A stretch of DNA of 64,000 nucleotides from positions 62,001 through 126,000 of the forward strand of contig KZ538603.1 of assembly GCA_000934665.2 (NCBI GenBank). Direction: 5' to 3'. The position numbers and the translations under genes are program-made. Positions within the stretch are counted from its first letter, which is position 1; the number at the start of each line of letters is the position of its first letter. This DNA is from Catajapyx aquilonaris (taxonomy: Eukaryota). Positions 13,915 to 26,698 of this stretch are shown piece by piece. The notes below the pieces were generated by a model. That model saw only the letters and a program-made list of their open reading frames with translations. It did not search any database and was not told the origin of the DNA.

Positions 13915-14974
13915 GTAAGGAATTCATATTTTCGACTATCGTAGAATATATTGCGTGCCAGTCGAATGCACCATCCAATGACAAACGTGCTGTGTTCTCG
14001 GCCACTCGTTCCTTTGCATATCCTGCGAGTGCCACTACTTGGCGACACACGCCTCACTCGTCACACTGCGAATGTGAACCAGATAGTGACACTCACCGAA
14101 GACACCAAAGAACCAGGAATATTTTGCAGTAATATTTGGTCTATAATAATGAAGATTAGAGTCAGAACATAACACCCACACTAATGTTGTGCTGGAATAG
14201 AAAAGTAGGCTACAGGGTACCGGCATTTTCGGTCAGTTCCCACTAGTATGCACGAGTATAGCCAAATTGCGAAGTAATTTGGACGCATTTTCCTGCCCTT
14301 TGACATCCCCCCCCCCCCTGCTGGAATCTGCACTGAAATGGGATGAGTTAGAACTGCCTTTATATCTCTCCCTCCATTCTCTTTCTTTTCAAGCAGTGCA
14401 CGTTATGCGCTTATTACTGACTGTACAACCTTAATGCGATAGTCCTTACGCATTGTGACTTGCACTGTACGGCGGACGTATTGGATCCTGCCATATATCA
14501 GATCCACGAGAAAATGAAATCTCCTGCAGGATTACTCGCGTTCTTTTCCCGTAGCCTTCAGCATATTAGGTCAAGAGTCTGAAGCACACGTTAGTCTGAG
14601 AGAGGTTGAATATAATATTAACTATAGGGTACAGCCTGAGCGGCGGCTTGTTACCTTATACCGAAGAGCTACTATTTAAAAAAAACTGAACTGTCGGATA
14701 AGCTGCGGTTACCATAATTTTGGCAGTAACCTGCTTATACTGATCCGTTCGAATCGTTACTTTTAGGGGATATAACAAGGGGGCCATTTACGATTGACGT
14801 AGCACCGAGTAAACTGGCCTAAAAACCGGATAACTATTTGGTTGCTTCGATGGGTCATGTACTGCACAGGAACTGAATATACACAGAGCGTCGCGTCGGT
14901 GAGCTTGCTGCAGGTACTGTACAGGGCCGCTACAAGTAGATGCATGGAAAATTTAATTATTAATTTGGAATTAA

Positions 14975-16044
14975 CCCATTTGTTCCTGAGGTTGATCTAC
15001 TGATGGTATTTTAATAATATTTTAAGGCATGCGTTAGAAGGCGGAAACTAAGATAGAAAAAAATAGTTCAGCGTGAAATTTTAATTACAACAGAAGTTAC
15101 AAGGCGTCCTACATAATATGTGTATAGAACTAGAGGACAATACGTATAATTTTTTCTCCGCAGTTGCTTCACTTGACATGCAATGTAATGTAGCAATTCT
15201 CACAATCGAATTCTCAGTGTTGGTAGCAATGCAATGATGGATCGTATTCTATAGCAGTCATTCAGGTATTTCAGCCCATTATCATTAAGGTGCGTTTACT
15301 TGTGAGCGATTTGACAAGCGAAGTCTCCTCCGAGCGAAGTAACCAATATTGTTTGAGATGAAAGTAACAATCAATTTTCGCCTCAAACAATATTGGTTAC
15401 TTGGGTTACTCAGCGATGTTACCGCTGGGTGATGAATTCGCTCGTCAAATCTCTCACATGTAAACGCCGCTTTATATCGAGTCGCATAAATTTCTCGGAG
15501 GCCTTTCTCTTTTTTCATCTTAGAAAGTATGGGTCCCAAGTTTCACTATGTAACACTATGGCTATACAGGGTGATCTAAAATACTTCTCCGATTGCTGTG
15601 GCTGTTGTTGGCACTAATCTACGTAATTTAAGCAGTTACTTTAATGGCTATCAAAAGTATTAGTGGATTGTAGGACACCATTGTTTCCTTGCTGCCATTT
15701 GCCACTCATAAGGTCCAACAATGTAAATATTGTATGGTGGTTTTCCACAACCTTTCATGCAACATTATACACTGTATTTATTTTTCAAAGCTATAGAAGT
15801 ATTTATAATTCAAAGAAATAGTTACTCGATCGCGCCAATTCTGAAATTGGCAAATTTCCCACATTCAACGTGTATTTGTGGCTGATGCAATCACGGAAAT
15901 GTGATGTATCTGCATTTTCTCACTAAAGTAGACTTTCATGAAGAGGTTCAGCTCCCTTAATCTGTGATTTATAATCATAAAGTTCTGCGAGAAATATTTT
16001 TTTCCTGCCCGTCCTATATGTATAGGACGCTTGGAACAAATGGG
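14975..16044. mobile_element. Non-autonomous piggyBac-type element, copy 1
   Basis: TTAA TSD on both sides and TIR CCCATTTGTTCC/GGAACAAATGGG. A homologous inverted copy lies at 48473-49988. Confidence 0.85.
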
Positions 16045-16204
16045 TTAATAACGAGTCTCTGAGCATATGTGGCGTTATTTATTTACGAAGGGGGCTCACT
16101 GCAGTGTCGCCGGTAAGTTGATTCCTGTACCGCGGGCCGGAAATGCGACCACATGTGTATAGACCGGATATTCGGTCTGCTTTGAGTCACGTCGCGTCGC
16201 GTCG

Positions 16205-16283
16205 TCAGTCGGATCGAGTCAGTGGTCGGCCTCTTGAGTTCTGATTTTCCCCCCTCCTGTCAGACACTGAACTTGTTTGAAAG
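16205..16283 (+). other. Candidate alternative first exon
   Basis: Arthropod initiator TCAGTC in a CpG-rich patch and AAG|GTTAGT donor. Confidence 0.35.
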
Positions 16284-16369
16284 GTTAGTATATAGGCTTT
16301 CTTACGTTTCTGCAGACTCGTAATATTAGCTTGGGTAACTTATAATCGCGTACATTATATCCATTAAGT

Positions 16370-16588
16370 CAGTGGTTTCCAACCTGGGGATCGTGGGCAG
16401 GGTCGCGAGCCTTTGTTCAACTTTTTTTATTTGCAATTTCTGTGTAAATTGGGCCATTTTTGCGGCCGTACAGAGTGTATGCTTTCTGGAAATGGGTCAG
16501 TTGTATAGAAGGGGCCGGGGGGGAGGGGTCGCACATTTATGGTAACATGTTTAGGGGGTCGCAGTTGGTAAAAGGTTGGAACCTACTG
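16370..16588. mobile_element. hAT (Charlie-like) MITE
   Basis: CAGTGGTTTCCAACCT...AGGTTGGAACCTACTG with a perfect 8-bp TSD CATTAAGT and GGGTCGC subterminal motifs. Confidence 0.85.
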
Positions 16589-17183
16589 CATTAAGTGTTG
16601 TGGATTTTGATTGTTGCACTTCCCTTATGGGAGAGTTCAACTAATGGCCGTCTGATACTGTTTCCTTGGAATGATGAATGTGCAGTTAGAAGGAACACAG
16701 GTGTGTGTAGTTCTAGGTCCGGTTCTTGAAACGGTTCCCGTAGCTGAGGAGGTTGTGTTGGTGATGTTATATAGCCACCATAGTTGGCAGGTGGATTAGA
16801 CTAAACTTGCCAAATTGGTACGCCTGTTTATTATGTTTTCAGGAGAAATTAGGATTAACGTAACTGACGCAACTTTCCACAAAAATATCTTGACTAGTCC
16901 ATGGCTCTGCTGCTATCTGGTAGCAAAGTTGCTACACCTAATGCATCTGACATAATGACGTAATGACCTGCTTTCAATAAGCCATATATCTACCACCCCA
17001 CAATACGCGACTTCATTTTTGGATAATGTTTCTGTTCCCGTGGAATTACCCTATAGGAATAATTAAAATTGGTAATTAAGAAGCCACCAAATCTACCAAG
17101 TCATGTTGTAGCTGCTGGCTTATTACCCGAGCATTTTGTCTGCCGTATGAGGAATGGACTTTTTATTTTCATTTTATTTTTAG

Positions 17184-17244
17184 AAACGAGGTAACAACGT
17201 GAACTTGCAATGATCATGTCAAGGGTACGTGAAAATTTGAGGAA
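17184..17244 (+). CDS. Candidate start-codon exon (MIMSRVRENLR..., phase 2), product unknown
   Basis: Long T-rich tract plus TAG acceptor, ATG at 17210 and AA|GTAAGT donor. No downstream coding exon was identified. Confidence 0.35.
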
Positions 17245-19789
17245 GTAAGTGCTGTGCTACTAATTATACTGAGCAACCACCATTTTGCGTAGGCTTGCAG
17301 GATGTGGCTGGCACGTCTTATTTTATAGCATAAACGGCAAGAGTCCGATTCGTACATAAAATCTTTGCGGAACGTTACAATATGCACTTATTTTTTCGTT
17401 TTGAACAGTAGCCTACAATGCAGTATTGAGGCTAATATGCAGTATACATCATCCTGTCAGTGGTGCTGCAATTTGAAACGCGCATCAAGGAATAAACTGC
17501 TGTACAGCCTATAGTTTCAAGTGTCAATTAGACATTTTCTTCGTTCCGTTAATGAAGGAACTACAGAGAAAAAAAGGCGTTGGGAACCTGTTAGCAGCCT
17601 GTAGCAACAGTTGCTCAGTAACCATCATTACCTCACCTGTGGATCACACCTGGGGGAACAGAAATTGATTTTGTTGGCGGGTGCAGCAGAAGTAGATATA
17701 TCTGAGCTTTGCCTGTTAGTCGCTCTCAGGAGAGGCTCGGAAAATTTTTATGTCATATTTTTGCACCTGCACTTTCAACATTCCAAAATGGTGGTCCTTG
17801 CAGTGATGCAACCACATGTAACCTTATTATGCACCGCACTGTGATATGTAGTAGTTCTGCCTTTGCGAAGAAAAAGATGACGCGCATGAATGCAGACGCT
17901 GAACATGTGCAAAGTCTCCTTGTTAGTGATCGACGGATATCCGCTTTCCGCTATAAGCTTGAGGTCAGACAGGAACTTCGTTGCCATTGGTGCTGATAAT
18001 GTACGCTGTACACATAGTTACTAGCAACGGGTAAGTTTCCGTTATCTGATGCTGTAAATTTACGTGGAAACAAGCGCAAAACTTTTTCTTATTTGTAATA
18101 CAGAAGGCTTGATTCGACGAAATGGAATGACCAACATTGGTATTGATTGAAAGCATGGCATAGCAATAAGAGCAAGTAGTCAAACGTTGCTTTAGCGATG
18201 CTCGAGAGATATGCATTTCTTCCGAAATAATAATTATAAGCGCATTTGAAATCTTCGTTCAGATTCTGGTGTTTCCCGTATAGCACGTCATATGCTAGTG
18301 TGTACTGTATACAGTATATATAGCAACGTCTTGTTAATTTTTAAGCTTCTATGTTATAACGTAACGGTGACAACATATGCTTTCACCATTAATGTCACTG
18401 CTACTTTATAAGGTAGTAGCTGAGGCGCTTTAAATCCATTTTTAAATTTCCCTTGTCCAGCAGATTTTACTTTGGCGAAACGTTTATCCATATAGAGAGG
18501 AACAATTATATTATCCTTACAAATATAAATGAGAGAGTTTGTTGCTATACTGGTATATTATGTATAATGTATGTATGTCACGTCTATTTAACCAACTATC
18601 CAAGTACCGAGAGCGCTGAAACTTGGCACGCCCTTATGTTTCACTGATTCTGGGAAAAGTCCGAAAACCGCACTTCTTTGAGTCTAAATGCCCAAAATTT
18701 AGGATTTGGGGTTTTTCATATTGTTGTCTCACCTACGGCCACTGTTACCATGACAATCATATACCCTCCCCGCCCCATGTCCTCCCCCGCCTGTCCCCCG
18801 CCTGTCCCCCTCCCCTCCCCCACTGTATTGTTGGGCAGTTAGCACCATTGGCAGTTGTTGTAAACTGGCAGAGATTGTTGTTATTGGTAACCATGGGAGT
18901 TATGAGAACTGAGAACCTGGGGTCGTTCATCTAAGGCCTCCCAAACTGCGGGTCACGACCCCATTTAGGGTCGCGAACTTAATATTTGGGGTCGCGAGGG
19001 AGGGCAACAAATTATTTTCACAAAATGAGTCTGCCCATAAGGTAAGTTACAGATCAATTCAGATTCACGCCAATAGCAAGAGATATGCACGTGGAGATCA
19101 ATTGAGTATGATACTTAAAATCATTACCTATAAATGCATATAGTGCGTTTCAATTAAAGTGACCTAATATTTAGCTGTTTTTAGCGCTAAGCTGCTCTAT
19201 TATCAAACGCTAGCTGCCGGGTTGATGTGCTATCTAAAATATTAGGTTGAAAGGAATCATCATGTCAACCTCGAAGTGCCATGAATTTCCGAGCTGAAGA
19301 CATTAGGAATGGCCCACTTGGAACTAGTGGTGGTCGAGGCCGACGGACGAACACCTTTTTTTTTTTTTTTGTAAACTTTAAAAAGACGCTTCTATTCAGG
19401 ACGAACAATTGCCGATAATAATTTTGTCAATCCCTAAAATTAGCTATTCAAATGTAACTGCAACTTATGGCAAAAATAATTGCTAACGGCTGGAACGTGC
19501 AACTGGTCGTAGGAACACTGCCGAGTATTTTGAATGTCTCGAGTGCTATAAGAGTATAAGAACATGATTGTCACTGTTCACCAAATCATGTTATTGCCCA
19601 TCTTCTATCTGTACCCATAACTCCTCCCGCACCGTACGGCCTACAGCATTGGGAGAGGTCTCAAAATTTTGCTCGCGTCTTCTATATTTGCCCACCACTT
19701 TTTTTTAAATTGCAAAATGTTCCCAGGGAATTTGTAAATCGCAAGTACCACGAGGCGAGCTCCACGCAATTCCATATTATGCAGCTCGG

Positions 19790-19917
19790 CTCTCTCTGTC
19801 TCTCTCTGTCTCTCTCTGTCTCTCTGTCTCTCTGTCTGTCTCTCTCTCTCTCCCTCTCTCTCCCTCTCCCTCTCTCTCCCTCTCTCTCCCTCTCCCTCTC
19901 TCTCCCTCCCTCCCTCC
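19790..19917. repeat. (CT)n / (CTCC)n microsatellite
   Basis: Direct inspection. Confidence 0.95.
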
Positions 19918-21689
19918 CGTCCTGCTGTTCGACAAAATAACCTTATACTGGATGGAAGACGTGGTACGGTGGTAGACAGGAAAACAGATGTGGGCAACAT
20001 ATAGGAAACACCATCCTCAACACCAGGGCAATAAGATGTCTTCCAGGCAGAAGAGACCGGGAGGGAGGGTGGACGGGAGAGAGAGACACTTACCACTTTT
20101 GCCAAATTTTGGCAACTGGCTACCTAGTTATTCGTTAAAAGGCAACTCCCACCCATGTCCTTATATGAATGCCACCCATTCCGGACAATCCAACGCAACC
20201 TCGCATGTCATGCACTTGACACCAGGTAGTGCGAGAATTGTCATACGTAGGGCATGAAAACTTCGTGTCTTACTTTTAGCTACCTCTTATCATCGTCTTC
20301 AGTTATCGCATTGGGTATATCCATATAGGCATACTGTAGATAGTGGCACAGTGACTTGCATTCAGATAAAGCGGCGCGGCGGGTGGAAGATCTCCCTTTT
20401 ATGATGGAAAAATGACTATTAGCCTGTTGCATTTTCGTAATGGCGCAGCTTGGCATATTCCAACCACTAATGGGTGCAGAAATTAATTATAAATTTGTGC
20501 TCATGTGGAAAATGACTCATAAAATAACCAATGTCAAGGATTTAACTTTTTTTTTAAGCTGAAATATCTGTCAAAGAAGTTTGTCTGTAGGACTACTGTA
20601 CAACTTCGTGTCCCACGTGTCACGAATTGGTCTGCTATGAAAGCAAGCAATGTAGTACGCGTTGTTACGCTACAGTATCTTTTTTGCGATGCCTTCTTTT
20701 TTATTGTGTAACGTGAACCCATACCAACTTTCCGCTTGACCAACGAGAGGCTTCATGGTCAGAGAAATGGACATCAGTTACCCTTCACTAACTTGTAAAT
20801 TGCACTTAAGTGTTATCGATTTATGCATGTTCATGTTATAGCCCAACTCTCGCAGAGGCCAGGAAGCGTTTTTTCATGGATTAAACTCATCGTTAGGAAC
20901 CGGAATTTTAACTTCAACAAATTCACAGAAACTTTATAAAAAGTCCTATCGTAAAATATATAGTCCAGTGCAATTAGCCGATATTTTGGCCTTACCTGGA
21001 ACAAATTAATAACAAAGCGCCCTTTTGGGGATATGTTCAGGACATGTCCTTGAACCTGTGGACAAAGTTCCCCAAGTTTCCGGTGACGGGTTTAGCCGCC
21101 ATCTTGGAAAATGTAGGCGCCATTTTGGATACCCTTTACACCAGTGTAGCGGACGAACCAGTGAAGCTAGAGCGATGAATCTTTTTGAAGATTGTTCCTC
21201 ATGAGACACCGCCTCGATTTGATGCCTTAACATGTTCTCGTATGTGCCGTTTTTATAGCGAAAACAGCCAAATGAAGTGTTACGCGGGTTTTTTTCAAAG
21301 CATTAAATGGCGTTTTACTCAACATTCGGGCATTTTATGCGGAAAAGCTTCAAATGAAAAATGTCAATCCGGACCTTCTAAATAGAAATGATCTATTTGA
21401 TATATCTCGTACGATGCATATTCTCGGTGCTATGGAGGCTTGAACCCGAGGTTGCGCGCGAGGACGGCCGGGGTAAGGGGCGCGCGCGCTCGCAGCTCTT
21501 CCTTCCGGGGCCTCTCCTGGGCACTTCTTGCCACACTGTTTCGCCTAGGATTGTGGGGAAGACACCCCTGGGACTGAACAGAACCTTCGTTTATAACGAA
21601 AATCCATGTCGGACAATATTCATACAACAATAGCAGTGGAGAATATGCAATTTTTAGCATGTGCCAGCAGAGCGCTGCGGCGATTACCA

Positions 21690-22339
21690 GCGCCCCCTCA
21701 TCAGCGTTCCCTATCGTACTTCCACGATGTTGGGTATCTCAACTATTCAACGTCTGCGCAAATATATTTACCTGCATCAAATGAGGAACGTGGACGCTGC
21801 CATGCTCGCAGAGGAATTCAACAAGTTTGTGCGTCTTGGGTTTACTGCGAGACGATCAGACAAGTTCTAGTTCGCCATAGGGAGAGACATGACAACAAAG
21901 CCATTCCTGATGTGCTCCTTGTAGAGTCAAAGGGAGGGCTTATTACCCCTGGACGAGGCATTACCATTTCAATCATTTCTCGTGGGTACACTCCATGCCA
22001 GAGACATCAAAAGTAGTAATCGATCTATGCCATCGAGGATTTCAGCCGAGTTTACTAGCACGTCTGTCCAACATGTCGAACTAAGGAAGTCACGTCAGAG
22101 TCGCGATACGTGGGATCTCACACACAGGACCTTTCTGGACTGGCTCCGTGAGCATAACCCATTCGACCGCCAATCTACTGTCCTGCAGTCTCTCTCTCAA
22201 GTGACGTGAATGGTGCAGCAGGTAACGAGGTAGGAGCGGTGTCAATGAAGAGGTAGGAGCAATGAAGAAATTAGAGGGAAAGTTATTCAGCAAAGTGAAT
22301 CTTAATCGGAAGAATAACGTGAGGTCACTCGCAAACAAA
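21690..22339 (+). pseudogene. Academ transposase relic, fragment 1 (frameshifts and stops)
   Basis: Translated motifs YFHDVGYLNYSTSAQIYL, GFTARRSDKF*FAIGRDMT, GGLITPGRGIT, QHVELRKSRQSRD, FLDWLREHNPF and KLFSKVNLNRKNNVRSL match Academ-family protein motifs as I recall them. Confidence 0.75.
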
Positions 22340-22461
22340 GGGGGTAACAACTCCCCCAAAAAGTGTACACCAGATCCAGGAACCGGGTGGTTCCACCCGG
22401 TTCCAGGCCGGCTCCAAGTTGGTTCCAGTGGGACCCTGTACATCACGAAGTTGTTACCCCC

Positions 22462-22850
22462 TTGGCTGCGAGATGGATGTAGCATGTGGTCGTTCACGAT
22501 ATCAGCTGACAATGTCTTAGGGTTTTCCCGCAGTAAATGTTCCTCGTCTTTGGTACTGGTACTAATCTCTCCAAACTCGTCGAACACCACATAGGTTGCT
22601 CCATAATGCCCCTTTACATAGGATATGTGATGTTGGCATTTCTACATAGATCGCCATACGAAGCCACACGACACTGTGTAGAAGCTGTCCATCGTCGACT
22701 ACCTATAGCCTACATGGCAAGTGGCATCAGGGGAAGGGTAGTTGACAGGTGGTGCTTGTAGATCCTCCAGAATTGGAGCAAGGAACGCCTTTTTACCCTT
22801 GCGCATCGAATAGTCATCAACTACGTAGACAGGGAGGTTCTGGAGTCAAC
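22462..22850 (-). pseudogene. Academ XPG N-terminal region relic, inverted relative to the flanking fragments
   Basis: The minus strand reads LTPEPP..MRKGKKAFL, VVDDGQLLHSVVW and YVKGHYGATYVVFDEFGEISTSTKDEEH..SADI. These motifs normally lie between fragments 1 and 3. Confidence 0.75.
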
Positions 22851-22855
22851 CTTTT

Positions 22856-23465
22856 TCGCAGCCAAACTTTCTTGCCCATCCGAGCAACAAGACGATGTTC
22901 ATCGAGGTTCTCACTGCGTACCTGCAGAATACAGGGTGTGTGACGTGCCCCAGGCCAATGCGGATGCTGACGCACGCTGATAGTACCACAGAAGTAGAAG
23001 TTGCAGCTGCTGGAAGTTCTGCTATCATCGTAGAGGAGACGACACTGACCTGCTTGTCCCCATGAGCTGCCTCTCTCAAAACGTCGACGTCGACATGTCC
23101 GGAAATACGTCCCTGTCTCCGAAAGTATAGTGTTCAGCAGCAAGATTTGCAGCGTACGTAGCATGGGGGGCACGGAAAAATATAAATATTATGTTGTTGC
23201 TGCATGTCGTTAACTGGTGTGACGCAACGTCGGCTCCATGCAAAAAGGAAAGAAAATGCTATTCAAAAAGTTGCGAGACGGTGAAACGCTGCGTACGTCG
23301 ATTTACGTCTTCATCACACCAACATAGAGCAGAAGAGGTGGCTAAGGTGAAAAGATGCTGCTTGCTTTGTGGGGAGGAAAACAATAAAGGAAAGACTTTG
23401 GAAAGGAGGCTCTTCCTTCAGTATAGGCTATACATGAAAGCGGTCGCTAAGTTGCAGCCAGCGAA
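22856..23465 (+). pseudogene. Academ XPG/H3TH region relic, fragment 3
   Basis: Motifs SQPNFLAHPSNKTMFIEVL, QANADAD, DDTDLLV and LLLHVVNWCDATSA (a degenerate GCDTTS H3TH motif). Confidence 0.7.
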
Positions 23466-24785
23466 TAACATATTCGAGAGACATATGGGGTTAGTAGGGG
23501 GGGGGGGGNGGGGGGTTATATGGATGATTCAGTGTTATATAATTATGAGCGGTGTGATTTGTGATGTATGAGAACTGACACGAATGTGACTGAGCGGCAA
23601 AACGCCACAAAGTATACATGTGTGAGGAAATAACCTCCTGCACTGCCGGGAATACACAAGAGCCGCCATTCGCATAGAGTTACATCCCGACCTATACAGC
23701 CCTACTTTGCTTATAGTTCCAGTAGATGCAAGTATTGTGATGCAACATTTAGGTGAATTTGAGAACCAGCTCTCACATGGAATGAACCTTTAAGCGATCC
23801 GGATAAAACTTCAGGGGATTAGGAGGGAGAGTACAGAACATATTTACTATTTTACGCAAGGAACATTTGCATAATATTGTCAGATATAGATTCTGGTTAT
23901 AAACGAAGGTTCTGTTCAGTCCAATGGGTCTTCCTCACAATCCTATAGGCGAAACAGTGTGGGACGAAGTGCCCAGGAGAGGCCCCGGCAGGAAGAGCTG
24001 CGAGCGCGCGCGCCCCTTACCCCGGCCGTCCTCGCGCGCAACCTCGGGTTCAAGCCTCCATAGCACCGAGAATATGCACCGTACGAGATATATCAAATAG
24101 ATCATTTCTATTTAGAAGGTCCGGATTGACATTTTTCATTTGAAGCTTTTCCGCATAAAATGCCCGAATGTTGAGTAAAACGCCATTTAATGCTTTGAAA
24201 AAACCCCGCGTAACACATCAATTGGCTGTTTTCGCTATAAAAACGGCACATACGAGAAAATGTTAAGGCATCAAATCGAGGCGGTGTCTCATGAGGAACA
24301 ATCTTCAAAAAGATTCATCGCTCTAGCTTCACTGGTTCGTCCGCTACACTGGTGTAAAGGGTATCCAAAATGGCGCCTACATTTTCCAAGATGGCGGCCA
24401 AACCCGTCACCGTAAACTTGGGGAACTTTGTCCACAGGTTCAAGGACATGTCCTGAACATATCCCCAAAAGGGCGCTTTGTTATTAATTTGTTCCATGTA
24501 AAAACCTAATTGCACTGGACTAATACACTAAGACTTGAATATCAGTTTATAATATCTTTTTCAGCGTTACAAAATATGTTTGTAAATATTGTCAAAAGCA
24601 TATAAGTTAGTGGCAGAAAAGTGACACTGAAACAACTACAAATATACGGTATTAAATTCCTATTCCAAACCTGCACTTAAAAGTCAGCATTATTTAATGC
24701 GAATCGTCACTGTTGGTAACCATGTACTTGCAAAGTTTTTATTATTTTGTGAAATTATTTTGCCTATCAGTAATTCTTATACATG

Positions 24786-25325
24786 AGGGGAGGCGGAGTG
24801 GTGCTGCGGTAACGCACGCGCCCACGGATGTTAAGGTCCCGGGTTCGATCCCAGCCCGGGATTCCCCCCTTCATCTCGTGCAGAGTTGGGCCATCTCTGG
24901 CTTCGTTTCGGGTGGAAATCTCCGCTAGACTAATCCACCCCGGGGGAGTTCACAAAATAACCAATATACGACATTGCACTTGCACTTTGCACATCCCCTC
25001 CTACTTATCCAGTGGCGGATCTATGGGGGGGGGGGGNNNNNNNNNNNNNNNNNNNNNNNNNNNNNNNNNNNNNNNNNNNNNNNNNNNNNNNNNNNNNNNN
25101 NNNNNNNNNNNNNNNNNNNNNNNNNNNTGGGGGGGGGGGGGGGGGGGGGGAGCGCGGCGACAAATCACCCCCCCCCCCAACAACGACGTCTAGATCCGCC
25201 ACTGTACTTACCCTTGGAACAATTAAAACATACACATTATGTACGGTTCCAAACATGGTGGTATCCCACTCCCCTAACAAACAAGGGCCCAGGGCCCGAT
25301 AATGGGGCACAGTAAAAAAAAAAAA
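24786..25325 (+). mobile_element. tRNA-derived SINE, family A
   Basis: A-box-like TGGTGCTGCGG, B box GGTTCGATCCC, A-rich tail and TSD TCTTATACATG (24775-24785 / 25326-25336). An inverted copy lies at 51221-51557. Confidence 0.85.
25010..25204. mobile_element. hAT-type MITE inserted in a SINE (contains an assembly N gap)
   Basis: TIR CAGTGGCGGATCTA/TAGATCCGCCACTG with 8-bp TSD TACTTATC/TACTTACC. Confidence 0.75.
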
Positions 25326-25675
25326 TCTTATACATGGAAAAGAACCCGTTCGATGTCACAAGACGTCCCTGGTTGGCAACAATAATAAGGTAAAACAGCA
25401 GGGTAATCTTCATTTTATGTTTAAAAGAAGTTCCCATCCATCGCCCGATCTGAATGCCACCCACTACGCACAACCCTGTTGTAATACAGAGCCGCCTAGC
25501 GGGCGAGATGATGTACCACCGGAGAGAAATCCATCCAGAGTCAGACAATAGACCTCCTCCTGATCAGACACACTCACCCTCACATCCCTCCGCCAATATC
25601 CAAGTGTATCAAGTTGTGATTATTACATCCCAAGTGCTTGTTACTTACCACACTACAACAAACCCAAAGCGATAA

Positions 25676-26698
25676 CTACTATCCGTTTATTTAATATAGA
25701 GCCCTGTGTTTGACTCTAAATAACTCCCAGGCAAATTATCAAAAAAATAAAGTTATACACTATATCGTTCGAAAGCTTGTTTAAATCCACGTTACATATA
25801 TGCGAGTTGTTTTCCTATCGTCAGTCTCTAATTTTTTATCGTAAAAAGAAGGCGGAATGGTGTCATTTTTTGACTAGTTGCCGACATTGCACCGCAAAGT
25901 GAATTTTTTTATGACACTTTCAGGAGGCCAAAAAAATCCCCCTGTGAACCCTAGGTAGTGCACATATTTGTCTATCTAATGATATATTTGAAACATTGAT
26001 ATCGCCATTTCTGTAATCATAATTAAGTTAATTGCACACCTGTTATCTCGGCCGTTTATAATCCGAATTACTTCGCGAATGTATCGACGGCAAGCCAGAA
26101 ATGTGCGTGATAAGATTACATTGTGTTCTATTACACTAAAATTTTTAAAAGTATTGTTTTAGTAAGTTTAATTGAGCCCGCTTTCTGGCGGGAATATACG
26201 GCGATACTTTTAAATACGTTTAAAATTTTTAGTGTAATAGAGCACAATGTAATCTTATCACGCACATTTCTGGCTTGCCGTCGATACATTCGCGAAGTAA
26301 TTCGGATTATAAACGGCCGAGATAACAGAGGTGTGCAATTAATTTAAGTATGATTACAGAAATGGCGATCTCAATGTTTCAAATATATCATTAGATACTA
26401 GATAGACAAAGATGTGCACTACCCAGGGTTCACAGGGGGATTTTTTTGGCCTCCTGAAAGTGTCATAAAAAATTCACTTTGCGGTGCAACGTCGGCAACT
26501 AGTCAAAAAATGACACTTTTCCGCCTTCTTTTTACGATAAAAAATTAGAGACTGACGATAGGAAGACAACTCGCATATATGTAACGTGGATTTAAACAAG
26601 CTTTCGAACGATATATAACTTTATTTTTTTGTTGATAATTTGCCTGGGAGTTATTTAGAGTCAAACACAGGGCTCTATATTAAATAAACGGATAGTAG
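25676..26698. mobile_element. Foldback element with ~480-bp near-perfect arms (Mutator-like?)
   Basis: CTACTATCCGTTTATTTAATATAGAGCC...GGCTCTATATTAAATAAACGGATAGTAG with 8-bp TSD AGCGATAA/AGCGACAA and a short central spacer at about 26160-26215. The superfamily is an inference. Confidence 0.75.

Larger units (their letters stand above)
20961..24522 (+). mobile_element. AcademX-type DNA transposon, decayed and internally deleted, with ~650-bp TIRs
   Basis: Termini are TAGTCCAGTGCAATTAG...CTAATTGCACTGGACTA with a 3-bp TSD ATA (20958-20960 / 24523-24525). TIRs span about 20961-21620 and 23870-24522. Internal relic protein motifs are listed in the next features. TAG..CTA ends, a 3-bp TSD and an XPG-like domain are established AcademX traits. 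Confidence 0.85.

Noticed and set aside
25024..25150. Long G-tract / G-quadruplex
   Set aside because: It spans an assembly N gap, so the length and content are unreliable.
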